Source: Candidatus Algichlamydia australiensis (lineage in GTDB: Bacteria; Chlamydiota; Chlamydiia; Chlamydiales; JAJFMI01). Taken from it: a stretch of DNA of 64,000 bases. Under the pieces are notes generated by a model. It was not told the DNA's origin, did no database searches, and saw nothing but the letters and a program-made list of their open reading frames with translations. The DNA lies in NCBI GenBank assembly GCA_033977065.1, contig JAXCHI010000002.1, positions 64,001 through 128,000 of the forward strand, written 5' to 3'. Made by a program: the position numbers and the translations under genes. This document shows positions 47,566-57,499 of the stretch, in pieces. Each line of letters starts with the position of its first letter. The stretch's first letter is position 1.

Positions 47566-49668
47566 ATGGCAGACGAAGCCAAAGAGAGGAAATCTCTCAA
47601 ATTTTTTCGTTACCTCAAGGAACGTGACCGAGGAAAGCGCTTCGCGATTGGTTTTGCGCTTTTAATTACTCTTACTCTTTTCTTGCACTTTCGCGAAGTG
47701 CGCGTGGAAATGCTTGACCCTGGATCAATGGCGCAGCGCTATGTTGTCGCCCAGGTCGACTTTGATTATGCAGATAAACAGGCGACCAATATTTTGCGCC
47801 AGCAAGCAATGGCCGAAATTGGACCGATCTACAAGCTTTTTACAAAAGAGATCAACCAGAAACGTTTAGAGTTTGAAGAGTCTATTGGTGAGGGCAAAAT
47901 TTCTACAAAAGGGGCAAGTGCTCAAGACCTTTTTAATGCAAGCGATGAGGTCGATAATGCACTTACTCTCCTTCTCTTCACGACACCGGCTACAAAGAAA
48001 AAAATGGAAGAGGTGGGCATCGATGTCTCTAGAGTAGAAAATCTACCTTCGATACAAAGCAATGAGACAGTTAGCCTTCCTCCAGTTGTTTGGCAGCAGG
48101 TACGTATCAAGGGAAAGAATCTTAATCCCAGAGCGCTCGATATTGTTATCCAATACTACAGTCAATTTGGGTGGTCACTAAAAGAGGATGTCGCAGAAGA
48201 GCAGAGTGTTCGTGATTTGATTGCTTCTCAGGTTCCAGAAAAACGCCTGCGAGTCAAAGCGGGTAGTTCAATTGTCGAGCAGGGCGAAAGGGTGACTTCG
48301 CGCCATGTTAATATGATGCAGGGAATGAAGGAAGCTCTATCTGAAAAGCAGAGTCTCCTCCACCCCATGACGATTTTAGGAAGCTTTGTCTTTGCGCTAA
48401 TCATTGTTGTTCTAGGTGCCTTTTATTTTGAAATTTATAAAAGAAAGTTCTTTGAATCGACAAGACAGATGGGGCTCTATTGCACAATTGTCATCGTCAC
48501 TTTGATTTTGGCAAAAGTCACAGAGTATACACTGCTGCATAGTAGCAATCATCTGATTGACTTGGCGCGCTACCCCCTCTTCACACCATTTCTTGCTATT
48601 TTGCTCTGTATTTTGCTCGACCAAGAGATTGCTCTTTTTTCCGCTCTTTTCTACTCAGCAATCATTGCAATCTCTCTCTCTTTCGACAGCAATCGCGTGC
48701 TTATTTTAAATTTTATTGCGGCAATTGTCGCAATTTTAGCTACGCGTAATTTGCGCCGTCGTAAAGAGGTTTTTGTAGTATGTGCAAAAGTATGGCTTGC
48801 TACTCTGCCTATCTTAATTGGGTTTAATCTTGTTTTTAATGCCGTTTGGAGTCTTTCCACATTAACAGACTTAATTTCCACTCTTGTCTTTCTTGTTGCA
48901 ACAGCCATCATTGTTGCTGGAATTCTTCCCATTTTTGAATCTATTTTTCATACAACAACAGACATCACGTTGATGGAATATACAGATCCCAATAATGAAC
49001 TCCTCAGAAGGTTGAGCATTGAAGCCCCAGGGACTTATCAGCACTGCCTTGTTGTTGGATCGTTAGCAGAGGCGGCCGCGCAAGCAATCGGTGCCAATGG
49101 TCTTTTCTGTCGCGTTGCTACTCTCTATCACGATATTGGAAAACTCAATAATCCCCACTACTTTACGGAAAATCAGATGGGTGGTTTTAACATCCATCAA
49201 CTGCTAACCCCACTTGAATCGACTCAAGTTATTATTTCTCATGTGCCTGATGGAGCAGCTTTAGGACGTAAACATGGTCTTCCAGAAAGCTTTATTGATG
49301 TGATTGAGCAGCATCATGGAACAACGCTTGTCTACTACTTTTATTGCAAACAGATCGAGCAGATGGGGGGGGATGCAGATAGTGTTAATGAGTCACAATT
49401 CCGTTATCCAGGACCCAAACCGGGTTCAAAAGAGACTGCAATCATCATGATTGCAGATACAGTTGAGGCAGCTTCCCGCTCACTTGAAGATGTGAACGAA
49501 GAGAAACTCATGGAGATGGTTAACCGTCTCATTTCAGACAAGGCCGAAGAGGGGCAATTTGATGAGTGTGACCTCACCTTCCAAGAGCTGGGAAAAATCA
49601 AAAAGGCTCTTGTCAAAACGCTCTCTCTCGCCTTCCACACCAGGATTGTTTACCCTAAACGGAAGTAG
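47566..49668 (+). CDS. 7TM-HD family membrane phosphohydrolase (PgpH-like)
   Basis: Extracellular domain plus about 7 TMs, then EAPGTYQHCL, LYHDIGK, QHHGT, FRYPGPKP and IADTVEAASRSL. Confidence 0.9.
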   Translation: MADEAKERKSLKFFRYLKERDRGKRFAIGFALLITLTLFLHFREVRVEMLDPGSMAQRYVVAQVDFDYADKQATNILRQQAMAEIGPIYKLFTKEINQKRLEFEESIGEGKISTKGASAQDLFNASDEVDNALTLLLFTTPATKKKMEEVGIDVSRVENLPSIQSNETVSLPPVVWQQVRIKGKNLNPRALDIVIQYYSQFGWSLKEDVAEEQSVRDLIASQVPEKRLRVKAGSSIVEQGERVTSRHVNMMQGMKEALSEKQSLLHPMTILGSFVFALIIVVLGAFYFEIYKRKFFESTRQMGLYCTIVIVTLILAKVTEYTLLHSSNHLIDLARYPLFTPFLAILLCILLDQEIALFSALFYSAIIAISLSFDSNRVLILNFIAAIVAILATRNLRRRKEVFVVCAKVWLATLPILIGFNLVFNAVWSLSTLTDLISTLVFLVATAIIVAGILPIFESIFHTTTDITLMEYTDPNNELLRRLSIEAPGTYQHCLVVGSLAEAAAQAIGANGLFCRVATLYHDIGKLNNPHYFTENQMGGFNIHQLLTPLESTQVIISHVPDGAALGRKHGLPESFIDVIEQHHGTTLVYYFYCKQIEQMGGDADSVNESQFRYPGPKPGSKETAIIMIADTVEAASRSLEDVNEEKLMEMVNRLISDKAEEGQFDECDLTFQELGKIKKALVKTLSLAFHTRIVYPKRK

Positions 49669-50455
49669 TAGGATAGCGCTTTCTTATCACTCTCTGTAAG
49701 AACTTTTCTACAAGTGCTGACGGAAACAGATAGTGTGCTAGAAAGAGCCCAAGACGGTAGTGCCAATTAAAAACGTAAAGAGCTTTCTCTTTTTCTATCT
49801 GTTTTAACAAGAGTCTTGCAGCTTTAGAAGAAGAAATAGCCCCACGGGCAGGGCGCTGTGGGTAGTTTTTTGCTGCTTTTACACGAAATGCGGTTTCAAT
49901 CTGGCCTGGGCAAGCGCAGAGAATACGGATACCAGAATTTTTTAGCTCCTGATCAAGACCTCTAGAAAAGTTTGTCACAAACGCTTTTGAAGCGCTGTAA
50001 ACGCAAAAAGTGGGATAGCTAAAGAATGATGCTGCAGATGAGATATTTAGGATAATTCCGCGTTTACCCGCTCTCTTCAACATTTTGGCACCAGCAAGTG
50101 TAATCTCTAAAAGAGCGTTGGCGTTGATATCCACAATTTCAATTTGCTCTTCGATTGTGTGCATAAGTGCTGGTCCATAGAGTCCCTTTCCCGCATTGTT
50201 GATAATAAGCTCCGGTTTATGCTCATTTATCAGAGTAGCAATCTCTTTGCGCGTTTCATCTTTTAAAAGGTTTCCTATATGTGTTGTTACGGCTGTTTTC
50301 TTTTGTAAGACCTGTTTGAGCTCAAGAAGGGATTCTTTTGATTTTGCCGTTAAGATAAGCTCTACTCCTCTTGATGCAAGCTGTTCTGCAACGCGAATAC
50401 CAAGATCGGAGGTCGCTCCTGTAATGAGAGCTTTTTTTATTTCATTAAGTTGCAT
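49655..50455 (-). CDS. Short-chain dehydrogenase/reductase
   Basis: [25 protein letters not shown] and CPG motifs. Confidence 0.9.
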   Translation of the reverse strand: MQLNEIKKALITGATSDLGIRVAEQLASRGVELILTAKSKESLLELKQVLQKKTAVTTHIGNLLKDETRKEIATLINEHKPELIINNAGKGLYGPALMHTIEEQIEIVDINANALLEITLAGAKMLKRAGKRGIILNISSAASFFSYPTFCVYSASKAFVTNFSRGLDQELKNSGIRILCACPGQIETAFRVKAAKNYPQRPARGAISSSKAARLLLKQIEKEKALYVFNWHYRLGLFLAHYLFPSALVEKFLQRVIRKRYPTTSV

Positions 50456-52065
50456 AGAAGCTGACCTCGTTTCTCAAGTTCTTGCTCTAGAGAGTTGATT
50501 TCATCTCCATGAAGAGAGAGATAGACTTTGATTTTAGGCTCTGTTCCTGAAGGTCTTAAGATAATGCGACTTTTATCTTCTAAGTAGAAAAGAAGCACAT
50601 TGGATTTAGGAAGTGGAGTCTCACCCAAATAATCAATACTTTTCACAACTTTTTTTCCAAAAAATTCTTTTGGTAATTCTCTTCGTATCTTTTCGACAGT
50701 TCCACTTTTTAATGGGAAAGAAAATACTTTTTCACGATAGACTCCAAACTGCTTGTAAATCGCAAGTAAAGCATCATAGAGTGTTTTCCCTTCGCGCTTT
50801 AATTTAAGAGCGATTTCACTCACAAGACAAGCCATCACAGTTGCATCTTTATCGCGACAGTGTGTGCCGATAAGATAGCCCATCGACTCTTCAGCTCCAA
50901 ATAGAAAAGTATGAGAGCCATCTTCCCACTCTCGAATTTTTTCGCCAATGTATTTAAATCCTGTTAGAACTTCAAAAGAGGCTACACCAAAAGATTTTGC
51001 TAATTCGCTAAAAAGTTTTGTTGTCACGATTGTTGTGACGCATGCGCCATTTTTAGGAGGAGGTCTTGAAGAGAGGATGTGGTGCAGGCAGATCACAGCC
51101 AATTCATTCCCATTTAATCGAATGACCTTATCATGATGCAAAATAGCTACACCGATGCGGTCTGCATCGGGATCATTTGCAATAAGAAGGTCAAGGCCAA
51201 GCTTTTTTAATTGTGTTGTCCCAAGTTTAAGCCCCTCTTCTGATTCTGGATTAGGGGATTGTGTCGTGGGAAAATTTCCATCAGGAACACACTGCTCTTT
51301 GACAAGTGTAACATTTGTAAATCCCCAATTTTCTAATGCCTTTGGTGTGAGCGTAATCCCAGATCCATGCAAAGATGTGTAAAGAATATTTAACTCACTC
51401 CCATATTTTTGGTTTTCTTTAGGATAAAATGCTAGGGGAGAAATCGCCTGGTAATACTTTTCATACAGATCCTCAGGTGAAGAGAGAATTTTCCCTTCTC
51501 CTTCAAGCTGAACTTGGGAAATATCTACTATCTCTTTTACGGCTTCCACAATAGCAGTATCGTGCGGAGCTACCACTTGTGCACCATCTTGCCAATAGAC
51601 TTTATAACCGTTGTACGGAGGTGGATTGTGCGAGGCAGTGATCATCACAGCAGTATGACACTGAAGTTCTCTACAAGCAAAAGAGGTGAAGGGTGTAGAA
51701 CAGAGCTTATCTGGTAAGAAGACTTCAAAGCCATTTGCGGCTAGAACTTTCGCAGCTTCTCTTGCAAATTCTTTGGAGTGGTGTCGGCTGTCATACCCTA
51801 CAAAGGCTCGTAAAGACGCATTTGGGAAAGCTTTTTGTGCTGCTTTCGCCAAGCCTTGTGTGGCCATTTGAATGGTATAGCGATTCATGCGTGCAGTACC
51901 AACGCCCATGACTTCTCGCATTCCCCCCGTGCCAAATTTCAGAGTTGAGCCAAAGGCTTTTTCTAATTCTTCCGGGTCTTCTTTTTGGCGTCTACGAATC
52001 TCATCCTTTGTCTCATCATCGTAGGGACCCTCAAGCCACTTTTTGATTTCACTACTTGCATCCAT
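50437..52065 (-). CDS. Phosphoglucomutase/phosphomannomutase
   Basis: [32 protein letters not shown] and [10 protein letters not shown] motifs. Confidence 0.94.
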   Translation of the reverse strand: MDASSEIKKWLEGPYDDETKDEIRRRQKEDPEELEKAFGSTLKFGTGGMREVMGVGTARMNRYTIQMATQGLAKAAQKAFPNASLRAFVGYDSRHHSKEFAREAAKVLAANGFEVFLPDKLCSTPFTSFACRELQCHTAVMITASHNPPPYNGYKVYWQDGAQVVAPHDTAIVEAVKEIVDISQVQLEGEGKILSSPEDLYEKYYQAISPLAFYPKENQKYGSELNILYTSLHGSGITLTPKALENWGFTNVTLVKEQCVPDGNFPTTQSPNPESEEGLKLGTTQLKKLGLDLLIANDPDADRIGVAILHHDKVIRLNGNELAVICLHHILSSRPPPKNGACVTTIVTTKLFSELAKSFGVASFEVLTGFKYIGEKIREWEDGSHTFLFGAEESMGYLIGTHCRDKDATVMACLVSEIALKLKREGKTLYDALLAIYKQFGVYREKVFSFPLKSGTVEKIRRELPKEFFGKKVVKSIDYLGETPLPKSNVLLFYLEDKSRIILRPSGTEPKIKVYLSLHGDEINSLEQELEKRGQLLCNLMK

Positions 52066-52111
52066 TCTCCAAAACGTAACAATTTTTCTCTAACCGTGCA
52101 AGCTGCTTAGT

Positions 52112-53068
52112 TCAAAAGGCGCCCTGCTTTTTTGTTTCATTAATGTAAGAGCCAAGTACCACTTTGATTCCGCCAAAAATAATGAGTGCTGACCCAATTA
52201 AAGTAGAGAGAGGGGCGATCTCTCTTGTCATAATCCAACTCAGTACCTCGGTAAAGAAAATCAGTGAATACCCAGCTACGCCGATTACATAGGGCTCTGT
52301 GTAAAAAGCTGATTGGATAAAACAGTAGAGCGCATAGGCAAATGCAATGCCTAAGAAAATAGAAATGACAATCTCTCTTGGATGGGGAAATTGAATCGTA
52401 TCAATAAAATAAAAAATCGATAAAAGGGTTAAGGAGAAGAGACATCCAATTACTCCATGGTAAAAACCGATTCGAGATGTATGGTCTGTTTTGACAATGG
52501 AGTAAGTAATTAAAATAATTACTGCAAGAGAGGCTCCTGAAGTGAGTCCAAAAGCAAAACCTGGAAGATCATTCCAGCCATGATAGTTATTTGTATAGAT
52601 GATACCGACTCCAAAAATAGAGACCGCGATTCCAACCCAGGAGAGTTTGCTAAGCTTGTGCTTGGCAATTAAAAGAAGCAGAACAGCCCAGAGGGGATCA
52701 ATGCTATAGAGAACGCTATGATCGAGAACCTCCGACCAATTTTTTGCAAAGGTGTAGGCATAAAAACTCCCTACTCCTAAAACCCCTCGCAAAATAATCA
52801 ATTTTTTGTTGTTACAGGTAAAAAACTGCAAGCCGTATGGGATACTAAAGAAAAAAAAGACAATGAGGATACCTAGGTGAAAAAAGAAGAAGTTGACAAC
52901 GCCCGGAGATTCATAGAGGGTAACCTGTTCGCTAAGTAGAATCGTGATAAAGGCAACAATGAACCAGCCCATTGTGGCAAGAACAAGTCCGAGATGTCTC
53001 TGCCCTGAATAAGTTGGCGGCATCAGGTGATGACGCCTGATAGCGTGAAAAATCTTTTGAGAATTCAA
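52112..53068 (-). CDS. DMT/EamA family transporter
   Basis: About 10 TM segments in two repeats. Start uncertain. Confidence 0.78.
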   Translation of the reverse strand: MNSQKIFHAIRRHHLMPPTYSGQRHLGLVLATMGWFIVAFITILLSEQVTLYESPGVVNFFFFHLGILIVFFFFSIPYGLQFFTCNNKKLIILRGVLGVGSFYAYTFAKNWSEVLDHSVLYSIDPLWAVLLLLIAKHKLSKLSWVGIAVSIFGVGIIYTNNYHGWNDLPGFAFGLTSGASLAVIILITYSIVKTDHTSRIGFYHGVIGCLFSLTLLSIFYFIDTIQFPHPREIVISIFLGIAFAYALYCFIQSAFYTEPYVIGVAGYSLIFFTEVLSWIMTREIAPLSTLIGSALIIFGGIKVVLGSYINETKKQGAF

Positions 53069-53129
53069 TTTTCAATTCGGTTGTAAAAAATGAACCTTAA
53101 CACAGTCTTGAATTTTTGCTAATAAATTT

Positions 53130-53513
53130 TCAATTAATCGTAAAAATTTCCCCATCGGGGTGGTCAATCCCTTCGCAATAAGAGCGAGCACTCTCCCAAT
53201 CTTTTTTAGAGCGCAAGAGAGAGGGCCAGAAAGGAAAAGTGCGGCACTGCTTAGGTCTTGCAGCGTAAACGGTGCATCGATTCTCTTTTAAAAAGACACA
53301 GTCAAAAGTTGTAGAATCTTCTAGTAACGAGATGCGCTTACCAACTTGTCTTGTATAACGGCGCAGAAAAGCGCTGCGTGAAATTTTTAAATAGGAGATA
53401 AGAGCTTCAATATCTTTTTCCTCGAGCCAGACATAGCCAGGGCTTCCTGTGCAGCAACCTCCACACTCTGTGCATTTGAAGCGCAGTCCACCTGAATACC
53501 AAGGTTTACTCAT
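53130..53513 (-). CDS. YkgJ family CxxCxxCC protein
   Basis: CTECGGCC, CVFL, CTVYAARPKQCRTFPFW and CEGI motifs. Confidence 0.88.
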   Translation of the reverse strand: MSKPWYSGGLRFKCTECGGCCTGSPGYVWLEEKDIEALISYLKISRSAFLRRYTRQVGKRISLLEDSTTFDCVFLKENRCTVYAARPKQCRTFPFWPSLLRSKKDWESARSYCEGIDHPDGEIFTIN

Positions 53514-54385
53514 AAAGAGAACTTCTCCTCTTGAACACAATTCCAATTTGTTCCGTGGCGGCAAGTAGATTCGAAGACCTCTATTTTTGCACTCTTTTCA
53601 TCCAGCTCAAGGAGGTTCCAAGAACCGTGTGTAGCGTGAGAAGTGCTTCCACTATCTAAGACGATAGGGAGCTGATCGCCGCGTAGATCGGCAATAACAC
53701 GCCTATGAGTATGCCCGTGGAGATAAAAAAGAATATTGGGTGTTTCGCGTAGCAATCCTTCTAAGCGCTTTCCACCTATCAAGCGGCGCTTATAAGAGTC
53801 ATTACAGAAGAAGGGAAAGTGATTCAACATAAGAATCTTTGCATCATTAGGAATTTTTTTGAGAATTCCGCGCAAATTTGCCTCAATTGATTCAGAAAAA
53901 TCTCCTGTTGCATCGATAAAAGGGGTGTACATAGTGGTATCAAGCGTTACTACCCAGTAATAACTTGTAAGGGGAAAAGCGCTAACGCGATCCATTTTGA
54001 TTGCATTTTCTGGAACGGGTTGAGGAATTTCTTCATAAAAAGCGCGGCGCTTTACGGCACCTTTTGTATAGTGGTCGTGATTACCTGGAATCATCACAAC
54101 ACGGAAATTTTTCTTTCTAAACTCATCAATGAGTTTACGGGCAAGATGGTACTCGCTCTTTTGCGATGTAGTGGTAAAGTCGCCGGTAATAAAAATGTCT
54201 GTAATTTTCTTTTTTTCAAAGAAGTCAGGGAGAGAAAAGGGCTTGTCGTTGAGATAGATACGTCCTCGTTTCAAGAGAAGGTTCGCATTTCCCAAAAGGC
54301 GTTTTGAAAAAATCTGCAGGGGATTTAAGCAAATTTTTGAAAAGTGCAAATCAGAGATATGTGCAATGCGAATCGGGCCCTTCAT
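53510..54385 (-). CDS. Calcineurin-like metallophosphoesterase
   Basis: HISDLH, TGD, PGNHD and LHGHTH motifs. Confidence 0.9.
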   Translation of the reverse strand: MKGPIRIAHISDLHFSKICLNPLQIFSKRLLGNANLLLKRGRIYLNDKPFSLPDFFEKKKITDIFITGDFTTTSQKSEYHLARKLIDEFRKKNFRVVMIPGNHDHYTKGAVKRRAFYEEIPQPVPENAIKMDRVSAFPLTSYYWVVTLDTTMYTPFIDATGDFSESIEANLRGILKKIPNDAKILMLNHFPFFCNDSYKRRLIGGKRLEGLLRETPNILFYLHGHTHRRVIADLRGDQLPIVLDSGSTSHATHGSWNLLELDEKSAKIEVFESTCRHGTNWNCVQEEKFSL

Positions 54386-54611
54386 AGAAGAGCCATTCTA
54401 TCACATTACTTCTTTTTGAGAGCTATGTAATAATTGAACTGTAACAAACGAATCATAGAGCAATTTTGTTGTTAATTGTGATATGGGATTCGATCAAGTT
54501 TCTAGTTCTTTTGATTCAAAGTAATTATAGACTTTCTGTGAGTTAGCTTTCGCATAAAAGCAAACTATAAGCCTGCAAAATAATTTCTTCATAGCGATTT
54601 AACGATACTAT

Positions 54612-54914
54612 CTAGCATTTTGTTTGAGTATTGGGCGACCGGGGAGGGAGTTGGCTCATCTGGAGAACATATTCGTCTACCCTTTTTAAAAGATTCTCTC
54701 TGAATTCTACTGCCTCATCTAAGAGTTTTATATTATTATTAGCCGTTTCTTTGGATTCAGAAAATTCTTCAATGGCTTCTAGGGCTTTTTTGAACCTATT
54801 AAATATTTCTTCTGATCTGTTTAGTACTTCTTCTTTAGTAATGTTTCTCACAAAAATTTTTTCTTGCATCTGAGAAAAGAACTCACTTAGTGTCACGGAC
54901 GTAGTTGTATGCAT
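54612..54914 (-). CDS. Hypothetical small helical protein
   Basis: 100-aa AT-rich ORF starting 1 bp after the stop of the DUF4135-like gene. Confidence 0.6.
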   Translation of the reverse strand: MHTTTSVTLSEFFSQMQEKIFVRNITKEEVLNRSEEIFNRFKKALEAIEEFSESKETANNNIKLLDEAVEFRENLLKRVDEYVLQMSQLPPRSPNTQTKC

Positions 54915-54915
54915 T

Positions 54916-56076
54916 TTATCCCCTTTTCATTTTTATCGCTCCGCTGTGAGAGCATCTTATCCAATTTTCTTCTAAATGTAAATGAAAAACTGGTATTTCA
55001 ATTACTTGTGGGGGATTTGTGAGTTCTTTTGATCTTTGTAATTCAAAATTTATTTTTTCTGTAGCATTCTCTTCCTCAAATAAATTATTAATTTTATCTC
55101 GAATCATTTCGATCGAAGGATTATCTTTTTCATCTAATTCTAAAATTTTATTTTTAATTAAAAAATTTGAAAACAATAGAATGTGATAATCATAAACATT
55201 ATCTGGTGTATTTAATCGAAAGTTGCCAACTTTAGTAATTGGATTAAACATTTTCCACGCTCTCCATTCATCTTCATCAAGTAAAATTAGATTTTGATAT
55301 TTATCCGTTCCACAAAAAATTAGTCTTGTTGGTATAGATTTTAACTCTTTAATGAACTTATTGGCCAGAGAATCAACAATATCTTTTTTTTGTTTTTCAA
55401 TTTTTTTTTCTACTCCTTCCATTAAAGAATTCAAATTTTTAGAGGATTTTGTGCAAAAAATTTCTGCGTCGATAAAATAAAGATACCCTTTCTCATCAAT
55501 TAGAAAATTATCTTGATGCGTGTCTTCAAATCCAAATCTTGCCAAGGTATAAATCAAATTAATATTTTCTTTTTTTGCGTTTTCTTCACTCAGAAGCTCA
55601 ACTAATTGCACTTCTAAATTCTCCCCTCTTTGGCAAAGATGCTCTCCCACAATAAAACCGTCGTAACCATATTGTTCACAGTTTAGTATTGGTCTGGGTT
55701 CTTTTTTGTTTAAATCTTTCAGAAAATTTTCTAAATGTATTTCAGGTGCTAAACTTCGTGGTTTGTAGACGACTTTGGAGAAATTGCCATTACTATCATA
55801 GAAAGTAATATAAAGTGCTACCTTGCCGCCGTAGTGGCGTTCTTTGCCAGCAATTGAGATTTCAAGGTTTTCTATAGATCCGAGATCTTTTTTTATAAAA
55901 AACGTATCTACAATTTTTTCGTAATCATTTTTGAGGTTTTCTTGAACTTCTTGGAAAAATGCTTCGGATAGAGTTTCAGGATTTAGGGCATTCTCAATTG
56001 CTGTGAAAAAATCAGTTTTTCTGTTTTCGAGAATAAGGTATTCATTAAGTCTATTTGGCCTGATTGGTGATGTCAT
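54916..56076 (-). CDS. Stand-alone DUF4135 (LanM dehydratase/kinase-like) domain protein
   Basis: ERHYGGK, KVVYKPRSL, YGYDGFI, DTHQDNFL and FIDAEIF parallel LanM N-domain motifs (DxHxxG, VYKPRS, YGW, DLHxEN, IDLE); no LanC-like cyclase. Confidence 0.72.
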   Translation of the reverse strand: MTSPIRPNRLNEYLILENRKTDFFTAIENALNPETLSEAFFQEVQENLKNDYEKIVDTFFIKKDLGSIENLEISIAGKERHYGGKVALYITFYDSNGNFSKVVYKPRSLAPEIHLENFLKDLNKKEPRPILNCEQYGYDGFIVGEHLCQRGENLEVQLVELLSEENAKKENINLIYTLARFGFEDTHQDNFLIDEKGYLYFIDAEIFCTKSSKNLNSLMEGVEKKIEKQKKDIVDSLANKFIKELKSIPTRLIFCGTDKYQNLILLDEDEWRAWKMFNPITKVGNFRLNTPDNVYDYHILLFSNFLIKNKILELDEKDNPSIEMIRDKINNLFEEENATEKINFELQRSKELTNPPQVIEIPVFHLHLEENWIRCSHSGAIKMKRG

Positions 56077-56230
56077 TAATTAAATATTTTATTTTATTTT
56101 TAAAATAAAATATTTAATCTGTCAACAAGTGTAAGACCTATAAGCTATTCTTTAAATAACTAAAGCTGTTCCCCTAAAAATATGTAAAAAAACGCAGTAA
56201 TGAGTACCGCCAATTTTATTATAACTCTTT

Positions 56231-56614
56231 TTAACGTTTTTTCATGACTTTGTTTACAAGACGTTTACCGTGATCGATGGTTTGTTTTCGCACGACCTCC
56301 ATCCAACGGGTTCCCTCAAAGTGGATGTGTTCTGGCTCTGTTTCGTATTCGACTTCATTGCTATTTTGTCTCTTTGAGCGCTTCTTTTTAAATAGCTTTG
56401 CCTTTTTACGGCGCATGCCTTTTTTCATGGAGTCAATCTCTTGGGAGAGATGTTTTTCAAGAGCTGCTTTTTTTGGATCGAGGCTAGGTTTTTGGTAGTG
56501 TTTCTCAATATTTTCCAAGTTATGTGGTTCAGAGTCAGGAGTGTAGGGGGGCTTCATGTTCTGACGAACAAGTTTATTACGTTTATGATTATATTTATGT
56601 GGAGAATTTTTCAT
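56231..56614 (-). CDS. Hypothetical basic protein
   Basis: 127-aa Lys/Arg-rich ORF with SD AGGTG. Confidence 0.6.
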   Translation of the reverse strand: MKNSPHKYNHKRNKLVRQNMKPPYTPDSEPHNLENIEKHYQKPSLDPKKAALEKHLSQEIDSMKKGMRRKKAKLFKKKRSKRQNSNEVEYETEPEHIHFEGTRWMEVVRKQTIDHGKRLVNKVMKKR

Positions 56615-56644
56615 AATAACACCTATTTCTATTCTATTATTTAA

Positions 56645-57499
56645 TTAATTAGTAAATAATTTCAAGAAGTTAGTTAAAACTTTCTGAACAGAAATAAGTT
56701 TTTTCCACTGCTCTTCTCGATAGCGCTTGGGGTAGAGTTTTGAGGGAAGTACTACATGATTTGTGTAAAAGCTTGGGCGCCAAAGAGAAATGTGCTGATG
56801 ACGATTGGAGAGAGTGAGAGTAGGAATTCTAAGTGCAGAGGCTAAATGTCCTAAACCTGAGTCATTTCCAATAAAACTCCCTGATTCATAGAGAAATGCC
56901 GCTGTTTCGGAAAGGTTCGCTAAGTGAGGAGTCTCATAGCCCCAATTCTCCCACTCCTCTTGCGACATCACAAACTGCGGATCAAATCCGCGCTTTTTGA
57001 GTTCCTCGGCAAGTTTTAGAAATTTTTCTTTAGGCCAGTTGCGAAAATTTTCACGGCTCGTGGGGTGAATCGCTACTCGCGTAGTATATTTTTTATGTAC
57101 GAGATTTGACGGAGGAATAAGGCCGCTTTTGCATGGCATGGAAAGGGTCTTGGATAGACTCGTGGCAATAGGAGCATTCGTTCCGAGGTAAAAATCCTGC
57201 GAGCGAATTGCGGGGTGTTTTTTCTCTTCGTGGTTGTGATAGAGAATATGGACATGTTCAAGACTTCGGAATTTTTCTGCGCGTGGGGCGTTTTCATTTT
57301 GGTAAAAAATGCATTCGTAGTCTGTTTGGATTGCATTTCCAGGTTTAAGAATAAATTCAGGTAACCAGGGAGAAAGGGAGGGGAGAATGTTGTGATAAAT
57401 CGTTGTCTGAAAACCCTGTTTTTTTAGATAGTTTGCAGCGATCAACATGATAATGCCATCGCCTAAACCTTTACAGGGAATGAGCGCAGCACGTTTCAT
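56645..57499 (-). CDS. Glycosyltransferase family 9 (heptosyltransferase-like)
   Basis: GLGDGII, IHPTS...NWP and FIGNDSGLGHLASAL motifs. Confidence 0.88.
   Translation of the reverse strand: MKRAALIPCKGLGDGIIMLIAANYLKKQGFQTTIYHNILPSLSPWLPEFILKPGNAIQTDYECIFYQNENAPRAEKFRSLEHVHILYHNHEEKKHPAIRSQDFYLGTNAPIATSLSKTLSMPCKSGLIPPSNLVHKKYTTRVAIHPTSRENFRNWPKEKFLKLAEELKKRGFDPQFVMSQEEWENWGYETPHLANLSETAAFLYESGSFIGNDSGLGHLASALRIPTLTLSNRHQHISLWRPSFYTNHVVLPSKLYPKRYREEQWKKLISVQKVLTNFLKLFTN

Noticed and set aside
54612..54914. Lanthipeptide precursor for the DUF4135-like enzyme
   Set aside because: No double-glycine or other leader motif, only one terminal Cys, helical charged composition, and no cyclase or exporter nearby.
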